Virus record (IMG/VR): IMGVR_UViG_3300027656_000033
Location: 1-30,404 of that record
From: a virus
Taxonomy: Duplodnaviria > Caudoviricetes
DNA: 30,404 nucleotides
Direction: 5' to 3' (one strand)
The position numbers were made by a program, and so were the translations under genes. This document shows, piece after piece, positions 1 to 8,611 of the stretch. Each line of letters begins with the position of its first letter. Position 1 is the stretch's first letter. The notes under the pieces were generated by a model. It was given only the letters and a program-made list of their open reading frames with translations, searched no databases and was not told where the DNA came from.

Positions 1-591
1 GTTAATATTATTGCGAGACTGGGAAATAAGAACAAGAAGAGTAGGCTTAACCTTGTTGTTAGCATAATTAAGCATTTTCCATGCGTTACTAAAGTCACGA
101 GATTCTGCTCCAATCTGTTTTGTATTTTCTAATGCCTTCATCTCATCTGTATCTTTTTCAAAATAGATTGCTGGAAGCATTGATGTAATAGAGTCTACCA
201 CGATTAAGTCAACTCCTGCATTCATTAGTCCTACGCCAACGTCTACCATGTCACTAATAGTCCTTGCTTGTGAGTAGATTAATTTTTCTGGGTCTACCCC
301 TAAAGTTCTAGCCCAATCTTCTGAGTATGACATTTCTGAATCAATCCAAGCACATAGTTTTCCTTCTGCTTGTGCTAGAGCAATCATTTGAAGGCACATA
401 GAAGACTTTGCAGACGACTTTGATCCCCATATAAGAACTTGCCTACCATATGGGAGTCCTCCTCCTAGAGCACGGTTTAATCCATAACTAGGGGTTGGCT
501 GATATTCATAACTAATTCCAACTCCACTCCCAAGTCTTTTCCTTAACTTAGGATCAAGTTGTGCTAATGCTTCTTCTATACTAACCGACAT
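1..591 (-). CDS. recA: RecA-like recombinase, N-terminal 197 codons (runs off the left edge; missing from the ORF track)
   Basis: My translation from the ATG at 591: MSVSIEEALAQLDPKLRKRLGSG...TPSYGLNRALGGGLPYGRQVLIWGSKSSAKSSMCLQMIALAQAEGKLCAWIDSEMSYSEDWARTLGVDPEKL...GVDLIVVDSITSMLP...ISQSRNNIN. It shows the RecA MAW-like LNRALGGGLP.GR segment, a variant Walker A, the IDxE catalytic Glu and Walker B LIVVDS. It overlaps the dnaE stop by 11 nt. Confidence 0.93.
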   Translation of the reverse strand, partial: MSVSIEEALAQLDPKLRKRLGSGVGISYEYQPTPSYGLNRALGGGLPYGRQVLIWGSKSSAKSSMCLQMIALAQAEGKLCAWIDSEMSYSEDWARTLGVDPEKLIYSQARTISDMVDVGVGLMNAGVDLIVVDSITSMLPAIYFEKDTDEMKALENTKQIGAESRDFSNAWKMLNYANNKVKPTLLVLISQSRNNIN

Positions 592-3500
592 GTACATCCT
601 CCAATGTGACTGTTCCGTCTTTTGTCTTTCCAAAATCAAACTTATAAGATTTTCCTTCTTCAATATTCATATATGCTTTTGCAAAAGATGTTGGGAATAC
701 TGTGATAGAGTGAAGATCTCTGCTTGTGTCTGCAAGTGTGAGAGATGCCATTTTCTTTCCAGTCTTTGTAATCCTTGGCTTAAATGAAACTACAAACATC
801 TCATCATCTTTATATGGAAGTTGTTTATAACTTAAGAACTTTACCAGTGCATGAGACGACTCTTTTATTTCGTCAGACGGAATTGCAGAAACAATCCTGT
901 TGTCATTAACAAGAATAAGGTAGGTGCGACCAGTTTCAATTGTAGTTGCCTCTTCATCAAATATACCAACACTGCCAGTCTTATCCAAAACCTCAACTCG
1001 TGACCAACCTGTTCCTCGTTTAATTAATTTTACCATACCCATAAATATGTATGATCCCTTTTCTTCAAAGTCAACAATGTCCTGAATGAATGCATAGTAA
1101 TGAGAAGGTATTGTAATATTAAATTCTGGAAGGTTTAAATATTCATATAAGTTTTCTTTAATTTCTACATCATTTCTTGGATTATCATTAAATGTTGCTG
1201 CACCTATTGCTCTCAGTGCTTGCAGTGCACGACTGTTTACTCCGTTGCCTTTGGTGAATGTAAATTCCTCAAGTTCTTTGTACGAATTGAATGGTCGTGA
1301 TTCAATATATCTTTGACCAATTTTGTCAGATATGTACTTAATAGCACTGAGTCCAAACCGAATGCCCTTACCCTCAATTTTAAAATCAATATCCGAATCG
1401 TTAATGTGAGGTAACTTAACGCTAATCCCCATTCTTTTTGCTTCAATAAGATATTCAGTTCTTGCATCTTTGTCCTTTTCATTTTTGAGTACTGAGTACA
1501 TAAACTCAAGTGGGTAATGATATTTTAGCCATGCTGTCCAATAGGATAGCGTTGAGTATGCTACTGCGTGAGACTTGTTAAATGAGTACCCTGCGTGAGC
1601 CTCAAAGTCATGCCATAGATCACGAGCAAGGTTGGGCGTAATAAACTTTGATGCACCTTCCACAAACTTCTCTTTAAACTGATCAAATTCTTTTGCATCT
1701 TTTTTCTTTCCAATAATCTTTCTAACTTTATCTGCATCAGACATCGACATACCGCCAAGGTGTACGCATGCTTGCATAACTTGTTCCTGGTAAAGGATAC
1801 ATCCGTATGTATCCTCCGTAAACTCTTTTAGTACTTGGTGTGTGTAAGATATGTTTTGACGACCATGCTTACGATCAACATAGTCTTTTCCAATAGTGTT
1901 CATAGCACCTGGACGAACAAGAGCATTTGACGCTGCTAATTCATCAAGATTTTTTACACCCATCTTAACAAGAAGATTTGTGTATGGTGCTGCTTCACAC
2001 TGGAATACACCTTTTGTGTACCCGTCAGAAAGCATCTGATAAACATTGGCATCATCCATCTTAATCTTAAGTAGGTCTATCTTTTTACCATCTCGTTCTT
2101 TAATTATATCAATAGTGTTTTTTAATACAGATAATGTTTTTAATCCTAGTGCATCAATTTTTATAAGCCCGATGCGTTCAGCCTCTTCCATGTCGACGCC
2201 AACCACAGGTATACGTTCATCAGAGCCAGTAGAAGATCTTGTTTCCAACGGTGCATACCTAAAAATCGGATCTTTGCTAGTGACCACACCAGCAGCGTGT
2301 ATACCAGTACCACGAATACGACCACGTAATTGCTCACCATAAACCTCCACCTCTGGATATTTTTCTCTAAATTCTCTTGTTGATTTTGATGTACAAAAAT
2401 CGTCCCACGAGTCAACTGTTTTTAATACCTTATTAACATCTGATAGCGGAATATTTAATACTCTAGACACATCTCTAACAATTCCTTTTCCAGTAAACTG
2501 TAAGAAGGTTGCAATAGATGCAACATGTCTATACTGTCTAACTAAATAATCTTTAACTTCTTCACGACGAGTATCCTGAATATCTGTATCAATATCTGGA
2601 AAGTCGTTACGGTCTGGGTTAATAAAACGAAAGAACAAAAGTTTGTGTTTAATTGGATCAATGTCTGTAATCCTTAGAGCATAACAAACAAGAGACCCAG
2701 CAGAAGAACCACGACCTGGCCCAACCATAATCTCTTCTTTCTTTGCCCAGTTAATCATGTTACTTACAACAAGAAAATATGGAGCAAAGTTTTTGTCTTT
2801 AATAATTTGCAACTCTTCTTGAAGTCTCTCAAGATATTCTTGGTTTTCTGACAAACCTCGTTCTGCCAAACCTTCTAATGCAGCCTTAGCAAGTTCTTTG
2901 TCAGGACTTTTGTACTGTACTGGAAGAAGATTTAATCCTTCTTGAATTCCATAGTCTTCTACTGTCTCTGCTAGTAGTAGTGTGTTTGAGTATATGTCTT
3001 CTCTGTCAATACCCTGCAAGACCATGGCTGCTTTCATTTCTTCATATGAAAGCAAATGAATGTCAAACTTATTAAATGTTATCTGACGATCTTCTCCGTA
3101 GAGGTAGTCTAGGCGTTCCATCATGTTAATTTTCTTTTTTGACTTATCGTATGTAGTATCTTTTTGAATCTTTGCATGAGTATTCATAAGAAGTTTAAAT
3201 TCTTGAATTTCTATTTGAGACTTATCTGCATGGTGACAGTCTGGAGTTACAACAGCCTTAATCCCAAACTCATCTGCTAAGTCAAGAAGATGCTTGTTGA
3301 TGTGTGGTTCATTGTGTGGCATTACTTCAATATAGTAGTCCTGACCAAATCTTTCTTGGAACCAAGAAATATATTTCTTTGCAAGCGCAAACTCTTCTTC
3401 TTCAAGCGCTTTAACCAAAACGCTACTTGGACAAGCAGAAGTTACAATAATTCCTTGTTTATATTTATCCAATATTTCAAAATCAAATCTTGGCTTCTTA

Positions 3501-3856
3501 AAGAAACCATCAGTCCAAGATAGTTCGCTAATTTTGTTAAGGTTTTCTAAACCAATTTGATTCTTGGCTAGAAGGATAATGTGGTTATAGACAAGATCTT
3601 GCTGACCTTCTCTTTCAGACTTATCTCTTTTATCAGATATGTCTGCACACATGTATCCTTCTAGTCCTAGAATCGGCTTAATGCCCTTTGCTTTTGCAAC
3701 TCGGTACAGTTCCCGATGCCCAGACAATGTTCCGTGATCAGTGATAGCCAATGCTGGCATACCAAGACCAACTGCTCGGTCTACTAATTCTTCTGGAGTA
3801 GCAATCCCATCAAATAAACTAAAATGGGTATGGACATGTAAGCCTACGTAGTTCAT
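581..3856 (-). CDS. dnaE: DNA polymerase III alpha subunit (DnaE, family C), phage-encoded
   Basis: PHP motifs LHVHTHFSLFDG, AITDHG, GLEGY, NHIILLA, SACPSS, TPDCHH; palm motifs GPGRGSSAGSLV, FPDIDTD, GIHAAGVV, KIDALGL; YQEQVMQ; YSFNKSHAVAY; C-terminal OB-like folds. 1091 aa with no intein-sized insertion. Confidence 0.97.
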   Translation of the reverse strand: MNYVGLHVHTHFSLFDGIATPEELVDRAVGLGMPALAITDHGTLSGHRELYRVAKAKGIKPILGLEGYMCADISDKRDKSEREGQQDLVYNHIILLAKNQIGLENLNKISELSWTDGFFKKPRFDFEILDKYKQGIIVTSACPSSVLVKALEEEEFALAKKYISWFQERFGQDYYIEVMPHNEPHINKHLLDLADEFGIKAVVTPDCHHADKSQIEIQEFKLLMNTHAKIQKDTTYDKSKKKINMMERLDYLYGEDRQITFNKFDIHLLSYEEMKAAMVLQGIDREDIYSNTLLLAETVEDYGIQEGLNLLPVQYKSPDKELAKAALEGLAERGLSENQEYLERLQEELQIIKDKNFAPYFLVVSNMINWAKKEEIMVGPGRGSSAGSLVCYALRITDIDPIKHKLLFFRFINPDRNDFPDIDTDIQDTRREEVKDYLVRQYRHVASIATFLQFTGKGIVRDVSRVLNIPLSDVNKVLKTVDSWDDFCTSKSTREFREKYPEVEVYGEQLRGRIRGTGIHAAGVVTSKDPIFRYAPLETRSSTGSDERIPVVGVDMEEAERIGLIKIDALGLKTLSVLKNTIDIIKERDGKKIDLLKIKMDDANVYQMLSDGYTKGVFQCEAAPYTNLLVKMGVKNLDELAASNALVRPGAMNTIGKDYVDRKHGRQNISYTHQVLKEFTEDTYGCILYQEQVMQACVHLGGMSMSDADKVRKIIGKKKDAKEFDQFKEKFVEGASKFITPNLARDLWHDFEAHAGYSFNKSHAVAYSTLSYWTAWLKYHYPLEFMYSVLKNEKDKDARTEYLIEAKRMGISVKLPHINDSDIDFKIEGKGIRFGLSAIKYISDKIGQRYIESRPFNSYKELEEFTFTKGNGVNSRALQALRAIGAATFNDNPRNDVEIKENLYEYLNLPEFNITIPSHYYAFIQDIVDFEEKGSYIFMGMVKLIKRGTGWSRVEVLDKTGSVGIFDEEATTIETGRTYLILVNDNRIVSAIPSDEIKESSHALVKFLSYKQLPYKDDEMFVVSFKPRITKTGKKMASLTLADTSRDLHSITVFPTSFAKAYMNIEEGKSYKFDFGKTKDGTVTLEDVHVG

Positions 3857-3857
3857 A

Positions 3858-4514
3858 TTACCAATCTGCGTTGGTTGATGAAGTTACGGATGGACTGTCA
3901 AAGCCCAAATAGAATGCTTCTTGCTCAGCGTAAGGAATTTTCTTTAATGCTGACTCAAGAGGATAAGGCTCAATTTCCTTCCAGTCGAAGGGTTCCTTAT
4001 CTGGTGCTGCTGGAATTAATGTGTAATTTGTTTCAGTTCCCTGACCATTACGCTTTAACTTCCACAGTACGTTTGATATGCTTCCTGTTTCCATAGCATA
4101 TTCCTTGATTGTATTGAATGATGACTGCTTGCTGATACCCATTGACCAGATTGCAACATACGGTGCTTCAATTCCATCATCAACTAAAACGTTGCAATAG
4201 AAACGAAGACGACCACGCCATCCTGCTTTCATGTCTTTACGGTGCATCTCTTCTGCCCAGTCGCGGCCTTCTGTGTCCATAGTATCTACAGCCTTGCGCT
4301 TGTAGTCTTTTGGGTTAACGTGTTCTTTAACAACTAGTGCTAGACCACGCTTTTCATTATAGTGTGCAGAGTCTTCATCAAGTTCTTCAATGAATCGGAT
4401 CTTTACTGATTGACCGTCGGCAAGTTTAAGCCACTTTACCTTTGGTCCTGACTCGTCATACTTTGGCTTGTCGAGCAGGGCATTGATTGCTTTTAGTCCC
4501 TTTACTACGCTCAT
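3858..4514 (-). CDS. Single-stranded DNA-binding protein (T4 gp32-like OB fold)
   Basis: WLKLADGQSVKIRF at the N-terminus and WKLKRNGQGTETNYTLIP (gp32-like 'KR.G.G..T.Y') near the end; acidic/aromatic C-terminal tail ...NADW. Lies between primase and polymerase, with a strong SD (AAAGGAG). Confidence 0.75.
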   Translation of the reverse strand: MSVVKGLKAINALLDKPKYDESGPKVKWLKLADGQSVKIRFIEELDEDSAHYNEKRGLALVVKEHVNPKDYKRKAVDTMDTEGRDWAEEMHRKDMKAGWRGRLRFYCNVLVDDGIEAPYVAIWSMGISKQSSFNTIKEYAMETGSISNVLWKLKRNGQGTETNYTLIPAAPDKEPFDWKEIEPYPLESALKKIPYAEQEAFYLGFDSPSVTSSTNADW

Positions 4515-4539
4515 ATTTTTTCTCCTTTGTGTTGTTATA

Positions 4540-5484
4540 TTAGTTTAGCATAAGAGATATGGAGTTGTCAAACCGAAACTCTAGGCTTCTTATTGACTCA
4601 TCATCCATATCCCCTATGTCTTTATACTTGCTATTAAGTTGTATAACGGAAACACGAGATCCAAGTTTTTCAATTATCCTGTCTTTCATATTTCCTCCCG
4701 CTTCATCATTATCTGCAACAACAATAATGTTATTGAAATACTTCTGAAGCAATTCTATTTGTGAGTTAGATACGTTGGCACCTAACGTTGCAACTGCTGG
4801 AAGATTAACCTGATCAAGTCTCATAACATCAAAAGATGATTCTACCACATAGACTCTATCAGAAGTTTTTACTCTATTTAAATTAAACAATGTTTTTGAT
4901 TTTGGTAAACCTGGAGTATTCTTAAATTCTTTACCTTCAATTGATCTGCCAACAAAGCCTAAAGCAATACCATCTGGGCTATGAACTGGAACAGTTACCA
5001 TATCTTGTTTTTCTGAATAGCCTAAAGAAAATTTGGACCAAGAAGACATTTCAATTTTGCGATATCTAAAATAATCTTTTGCTCTATCTGATGTCGCAAG
5101 GTTGTTATAAAGTCTTTTTAGGATTAGTTCGTCAAACTGTTTAAACTCTTCTTGTTTAATTAATGTTTTATCAATTTCAGATATGATGCTTCCTATTTTT
5201 TCTTTGCTCTTTATAAAACGAGCAGCCTCAAAATATGTTCTTCCAGATGTATGCATTACAAGTTCGACTAAGTCTGCAGATTTTTGACAAGAAAAACAGA
5301 AAAACATTCCGCTAGTTTTTTGAACTTCTCCTGCTGGTGTTCTGTGGTTATTATGAAATGGACAGAATATTATAAAGTCTGCATCAAGTTCAGACTCAAC
5401 GTCTACACCCGATCCTGCGAGAACTCTTCTAACTTGCTCTTGACTGTATAAATCGCCTTTGATCCGTCTATTCCTTCTATCCAT
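4540..5484 (-). CDS. dnaG: DNA primase (CHC2 zinc finger plus TOPRIM)
   Basis: CPFHNNHRTPA...FFCFSC zinc finger; GFVGRS; KSKTLFNL; TOPRIM VVESSFD, ATLG, ADNDEAG (DxD); KDIGD. Confidence 0.93.
   Translation of the reverse strand: MDRRNRRIKGDLYSQEQVRRVLAGSGVDVESELDADFIIFCPFHNNHRTPAGEVQKTSGMFFCFSCQKSADLVELVMHTSGRTYFEAARFIKSKEKIGSIISEIDKTLIKQEEFKQFDELILKRLYNNLATSDRAKDYFRYRKIEMSSWSKFSLGYSEKQDMVTVPVHSPDGIALGFVGRSIEGKEFKNTPGLPKSKTLFNLNRVKTSDRVYVVESSFDVMRLDQVNLPAVATLGANVSNSQIELLQKYFNNIIVVADNDEAGGNMKDRIIEKLGSRVSVIQLNSKYKDIGDMDDESIRSLEFRFDNSISLMLN
4542..4571 (-). promoter_or_regulatory. Sigma70-type promoter for the SSB-dnaE-recA genes
   Basis: Minus strand: TTGACA (4571-4566), 18-nt spacer, TAAACT (4547-4542) preceded by the TGn extension. 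It sits in the last primase codons, ~28 nt upstream of the SSB ATG. Confidence 0.65.
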
Positions 5485-5729
5485 TCGCTTTGTCTTCTTC
5501 CTGTGTATACTCCGTGTATTGATATCTCAAATTCAAAATATTTCTTATTCTCATTATAGTCTATCGTAAAGTCTATATCTATGTCAAGCCTTGGGACATA
5601 TCCGCTAAGTCTCATTTCTAAGATTATTAGCCTTTTATACTCAGCCCTAAGTCTACCTATGGAAGATTCATCATGGATGATTCCGCTAAGGTTAAACCTT
5701 TTAATCGCCTTGTGGTGATAGTTTGACAT
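5403..5729 (-). CDS. Hypothetical protein between helicase and primase (108 aa)
   Basis: Fills the gap between helicase and primase, has globular alpha/beta-like composition, and has TATAAT 5 nt upstream of its ATG. It overlaps the primase start by 82 nt. Confidence 0.7.
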   Translation of the reverse strand: MSNYHHKAIKRFNLSGIIHDESSIGRLRAEYKRLIILEMRLSGYVPRLDIDIDFTIDYNENKKYFEFEISIHGVYTGRRQSEWIEGIDGSKAIYTVKSKLEEFSQDRV

Positions 5730-5734
5730 ATCAT

Positions 5735-5740
5735 ATTATA
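5735..5740 (-). promoter_or_regulatory. -10 box, probably giving a leaderless transcript
   Basis: TATAAT-atgat-ATG(5729) in the 12-nt gap after the helicase stop; no SD. Confidence 0.45.
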
Positions 5741-5741
5741 A

Positions 5742-6962
5742 CTACTTATCTTCAAAATCTTTATATCTGTAATATCCCTTGTCAAAATCACACTGAACAA
5801 GGAAATCTCCCATGAAACCATTACGGTTCTTTCTAAAAGCGCATTCAATAATATCACTATTTGATGCTCTTCCAAGTGCAAGAACCCAGTCAGCATCATA
5901 TGCAATCTGTCTTGACCATGAAGTTTGTCCCAAGGTTGGAACACTGTTTAGATCATTAGCATCATCAGGGGTAGCAGATGAGATAGCAATAATAGGAACC
6001 TCTTCGCCAATAGCCATTAGTTTAAGTTCTCTTGAAAGGTTCTTCATTCGTACCGTTTCATTTTCTGACTTCTGATTAGGGGCCATCAACTGAAGGTAGT
6101 CAACAATTACAAAATCTGGTTTGTATTGGTCAATCTTTCCACGAAGAACTGAAGGGTTAATCTCTCCTCCTTGATCGTTTGAGATAATGTGAAACTCTGG
6201 CTTTCCTTGTAGATTCTTTGCATGCCACTCTTTTAGCATATCCATTTCAATCTCACCATTGCTTAACTTTCTATGAGACCAACGTCCTTCTCCCATAATA
6301 GTAAATACACGGTTACGGACTTCTGTTTCTGACATCTCAAGAGAGATTACAAGGGGTGTCTTACCCTGTTTCCAGGCCTGTACAGCGAAGTACAGGGCCA
6401 ACCAAGACTTTCCTATGCCTGGGTATGCCAAGAAGACTCCTAACTGCCCTGGCATGATTCCAGATGGCAGATAATTGTCAAATCCTGGCAAGCCAGTCTT
6501 GATGCCTATATGACCTAGGGCTTGTTGCTTCTTTACATTTTCAAAGTAAGCAATCGCAGACTCTAGGTCTGTCACATCAATATCACGAATAGCAGAAGTA
6601 TTCTTTTTTAGTTCTGAAGTCTGTGTAATTAAATCATTAAGAGCGACTGTTCCCTGGCCATTTTGAACATTGCCTGCTGCTGATCTTAAAATATCTTTTA
6701 GGCTATCGTTTAGGTACTCGCCTTGCAACTCTTCAAGATGGTGCTTAGTTGCACCTACATTTGCTATTGGAGAGAAGTCTCTAAACTTTTCTGTAACAAG
6801 TTCTGCTGGTGGAAGGGTTGAGTTGTTTTCAAAATATAGTCGTAAAAAATTCCAAATATCTCCGTGAGTTCTAAGAAGGTTGTCTACGTTTGCCTGCAAA
6901 AGAACATGGATTTGTTTATCTTGAAGAACTGCCGTTATAAGTTTTGCTTCTGTGTTATTCAC
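5742..6962 (-). CDS. dnaB: DnaB-like (SF4) replicative helicase
   Basis: GIKTGLPGFD, Walker A AYPGIGKS, SLEMS, Walker B VIVDYLQLM, SRELKLMA, IAYDADWV, KNRNG. GTG start overlapping the upstream stop. Confidence 0.95.
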   Translation of the reverse strand: MNNTEAKLITAVLQDKQIHVLLQANVDNLLRTHGDIWNFLRLYFENNSTLPPAELVTEKFRDFSPIANVGATKHHLEELQGEYLNDSLKDILRSAAGNVQNGQGTVALNDLITQTSELKKNTSAIRDIDVTDLESAIAYFENVKKQQALGHIGIKTGLPGFDNYLPSGIMPGQLGVFLAYPGIGKSWLALYFAVQAWKQGKTPLVISLEMSETEVRNRVFTIMGEGRWSHRKLSNGEIEMDMLKEWHAKNLQGKPEFHIISNDQGGEINPSVLRGKIDQYKPDFVIVDYLQLMAPNQKSENETVRMKNLSRELKLMAIGEEVPIIAISSATPDDANDLNSVPTLGQTSWSRQIAYDADWVLALGRASNSDIIECAFRKNRNGFMGDFLVQCDFDKGYYRYKDFEDK

Positions 6963-7263
6963 TTAGCCACTCCTTTGCCATTCTTCTACGCTGTATTCTC
7001 TCTTCATCGTCTTTCTTTTTATCTTTTTGTGCCTGCAATATTTTTTCTGCGTTGTATGCAAAGTAATTCCAAGATGGGTGCTCTGCAACTTTAAAGTAAT
7101 ACTCAAGTATATCGTAGCATCCAGAGATACCGTATGACTCTACAAGAGCGTCTGATGCCCATTGTTCTACGTTTAAGTTTAGTGATGGCTTTTGCTCATA
7201 CTTTGCAGTATGAAACTTGCTATAGCGTGAAAGCAAAGCCATTCGGTCTTTGCGCTCTGCCAT
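6955..7263 (-). CDS. Hypothetical helical protein coupled to the helicase (possible loader or initiator accessory)
   Basis: 102 aa, coupled on both sides (TAATG at 7263, 8-nt overlap with dnaB). Function inferred from position only. Confidence 0.7.
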   Translation of the reverse strand: MAERKDRMALLSRYSKFHTAKYEQKPSLNLNVEQWASDALVESYGISGCYDILEYYFKVAEHPSWNYFAYNAEKILQAQKDKKKDDEERIQRRRMAKEWLSE

Positions 7264-7469
7264 TATTTTTCGTCTGCCTCCGCTTGGGCTTCAACAATCT
7301 TTGCGGTTAATTTATCTTCAACAAACTTGTAAACTCTTTCAAAAGCCTGATCTGTATTTTCTCCGTCGCGCTTGCTGTCAATGATTCCAAGATCTAGCCT
7401 TAGCGACTGAAAATTTCCAAGATTTAATGTATACCCCAGCGTTACTGATACTTTCGTTTCTTCTGCCAT
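7263..7469 (-). CDS. Small conserved-looking phage protein (68 aa; start corrected from the ORF-track value 7556)
   Basis: MAEETKVSVTLGYTLNLGNFQSLRLDLGI...; the SD GGAGGGG lies just upstream of the ATG at 7469. The longer start would overlap the upstream gene by 71 nt. Confidence 0.75.
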   Translation of the reverse strand: MAEETKVSVTLGYTLNLGNFQSLRLDLGIIDSKRDGENTDQAFERVYKFVEDKLTAKIVEAQAEADEK

Positions 7470-7485
7470 TACCCCTCCAAGGGAC

Positions 7486-8031
7486 CTAGTTAATAGATTC
7501 ATTCCAAATCGGAATGTATCTTCCATCTTCTGTTCTCGTATATGTAAGTATACCATCGCCCATTCTGCGTGTCAACTCTTGTTTTGTTGGCGTGATATCA
7601 TTTGTTATTAAATTATCTTTTCTTGGTCTTCCAATATGGTGAGTTGCAAGTATATCACGGATCTCTCTTACTTGTGATTCTGAATAGTATGATCTTACTT
7701 GCCATCCTCTTTCCCCGCCTTTTTGTGAACCTGTGGGAAATGGAATGACTCCTCGTTTCATTAATGATGGCATATATTTTTTATGACGATTAACTAAATC
7801 AGCAGTCTGTCCTACAGTATATGCTCTCTCTCTTTTATTTTTAAAATCATTAATTAAACAACTTTCAATTTGATCTTTTGTAATGTTATAAACAGACATG
7901 ATTCCATTAGATTGATTATAATGATGAACCCGAACAAGGCATTTGTTTAAAAACCATACTTTTTTATTTCCAGGTATTACAGGGAGGAGATTGTACCCTT
8001 CGCTCTGAGTTGTTCCTTTTTTAGTAGCCAT
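7486..8031 (-). CDS. MerR-like helix-turn-helix DNA-binding protein with an N-terminal beta domain
   Basis: AYTVGQTADLVNRHKKYMPSLMKRGVIPFP...RSYYSESQVREIRDIL fits the MerR/excisionase-like wHTH pattern (Y.igE.A..........GliP...R.Y....v..i); SD GAGGG. Confidence 0.7.
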   Translation of the reverse strand: MATKKGTTQSEGYNLLPVIPGNKKVWFLNKCLVRVHHYNQSNGIMSVYNITKDQIESCLINDFKNKRERAYTVGQTADLVNRHKKYMPSLMKRGVIPFPTGSQKGGERGWQVRSYYSESQVREIRDILATHHIGRPRKDNLITNDITPTKQELTRRMGDGILTYTRTEDGRYIPIWNESIN

Positions 8032-8168
8032 CGTCCCTCTTCCGAACTGTTAGGTGGATTAAAAAACTTTCTGTTACCACACAAAACACAATAGACCTCA
8101 AGATGATTGATTGCACTATATATCCTGTCTATAAACATTCTTCCAGAGCATTTTTTACATTTGATCAT
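7977..8168 (-). CDS. Small zinc-ribbon protein
   Basis: CKKCSGRMF...YCVLCGNRKF (CxxC-x19-CxxC); coupled to the upstream gene by TAATG. Confidence 0.75.
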   Translation of the reverse strand: MIKCKKCSGRMFIDRIYSAINHLEVYCVLCGNRKFFNPPNSSEEGRWLLKKEQLRAKGTISSL

Positions 8169-8605
8169 TATGAAGGAATGCCAACTGCTATTATATTAAT
8201 CCCAACCGATACTTCTCCTGCTGAGTTAAATTTTACAATACCTTCTACTGCTGTAGTTGTTATTGCTTTTATTACAACCGTGACATTTTTACCAGCAGTT
8301 GTATCTTTAATTGTTACTGGTGTTGCGGTTACGATTGGTGCATAGGCAAAGCCAACTCCAAATGGATATGTCCATGATTTTTCTTCGCCTGCAATGATTG
8401 AAGTAGAACTAACAATTTCTTTATACCCTCCAACAATACGGGCTTCTGAGGTTTTTCTACTCTGAGGCCCTGCTGTTGTTGTATCTACAGTGACATATTT
8501 GTTTGCTGAAGTTGAGGCACTTTTTTGCAACTGAATAATCGCTTGGGCCATATCATAAATATATGCAACGTCTAATGGCTGTCCTTTATCTGGAACTGAT
8601 ATCAT
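8168..8605 (-). CDS. Short tail-fibre-like or minor tail protein with a C-terminal beta-sandwich (H-type lectin/gp53-like)
   Basis: N-terminal GQPLD plus a short helix, then WTYPFGVGFAYAPIVTAT...INIIAVG, matching the 'F...F...P.V.....w.AiG' pattern of small fibre tip domains. Last gene of the tail block. Confidence 0.5.
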   Translation of the reverse strand: MISVPDKGQPLDVAYIYDMAQAIIQLQKSASTSANKYVTVDTTTAGPQSRKTSEARIVGGYKEIVSSTSIIAGEEKSWTYPFGVGFAYAPIVTATPVTIKDTTAGKNVTVVIKAITTTAVEGIVKFNSAGEVSVGINIIAVGIPS

Positions 8606-8611
8606 AATGTA

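Noticed and set aside
5657-5944. Alternate-frame minus-strand ORFs (5657-5944, 1237-1509, 1561-1758, 2161-2415, 22344-22610)
   Set aside because: They are nested in well-supported genes and show no motifs or initiation signals.
581-6962. Inteins, introns or homing endonucleases in the replication genes
   Set aside because: DnaE, DnaB and primase have normal lengths and contiguous motifs.
7470-7556. Longer N-terminus given for the 7263 ORF
   Set aside because: It overlaps the upstream gene, and a clear SD precedes the ATG at 7469.
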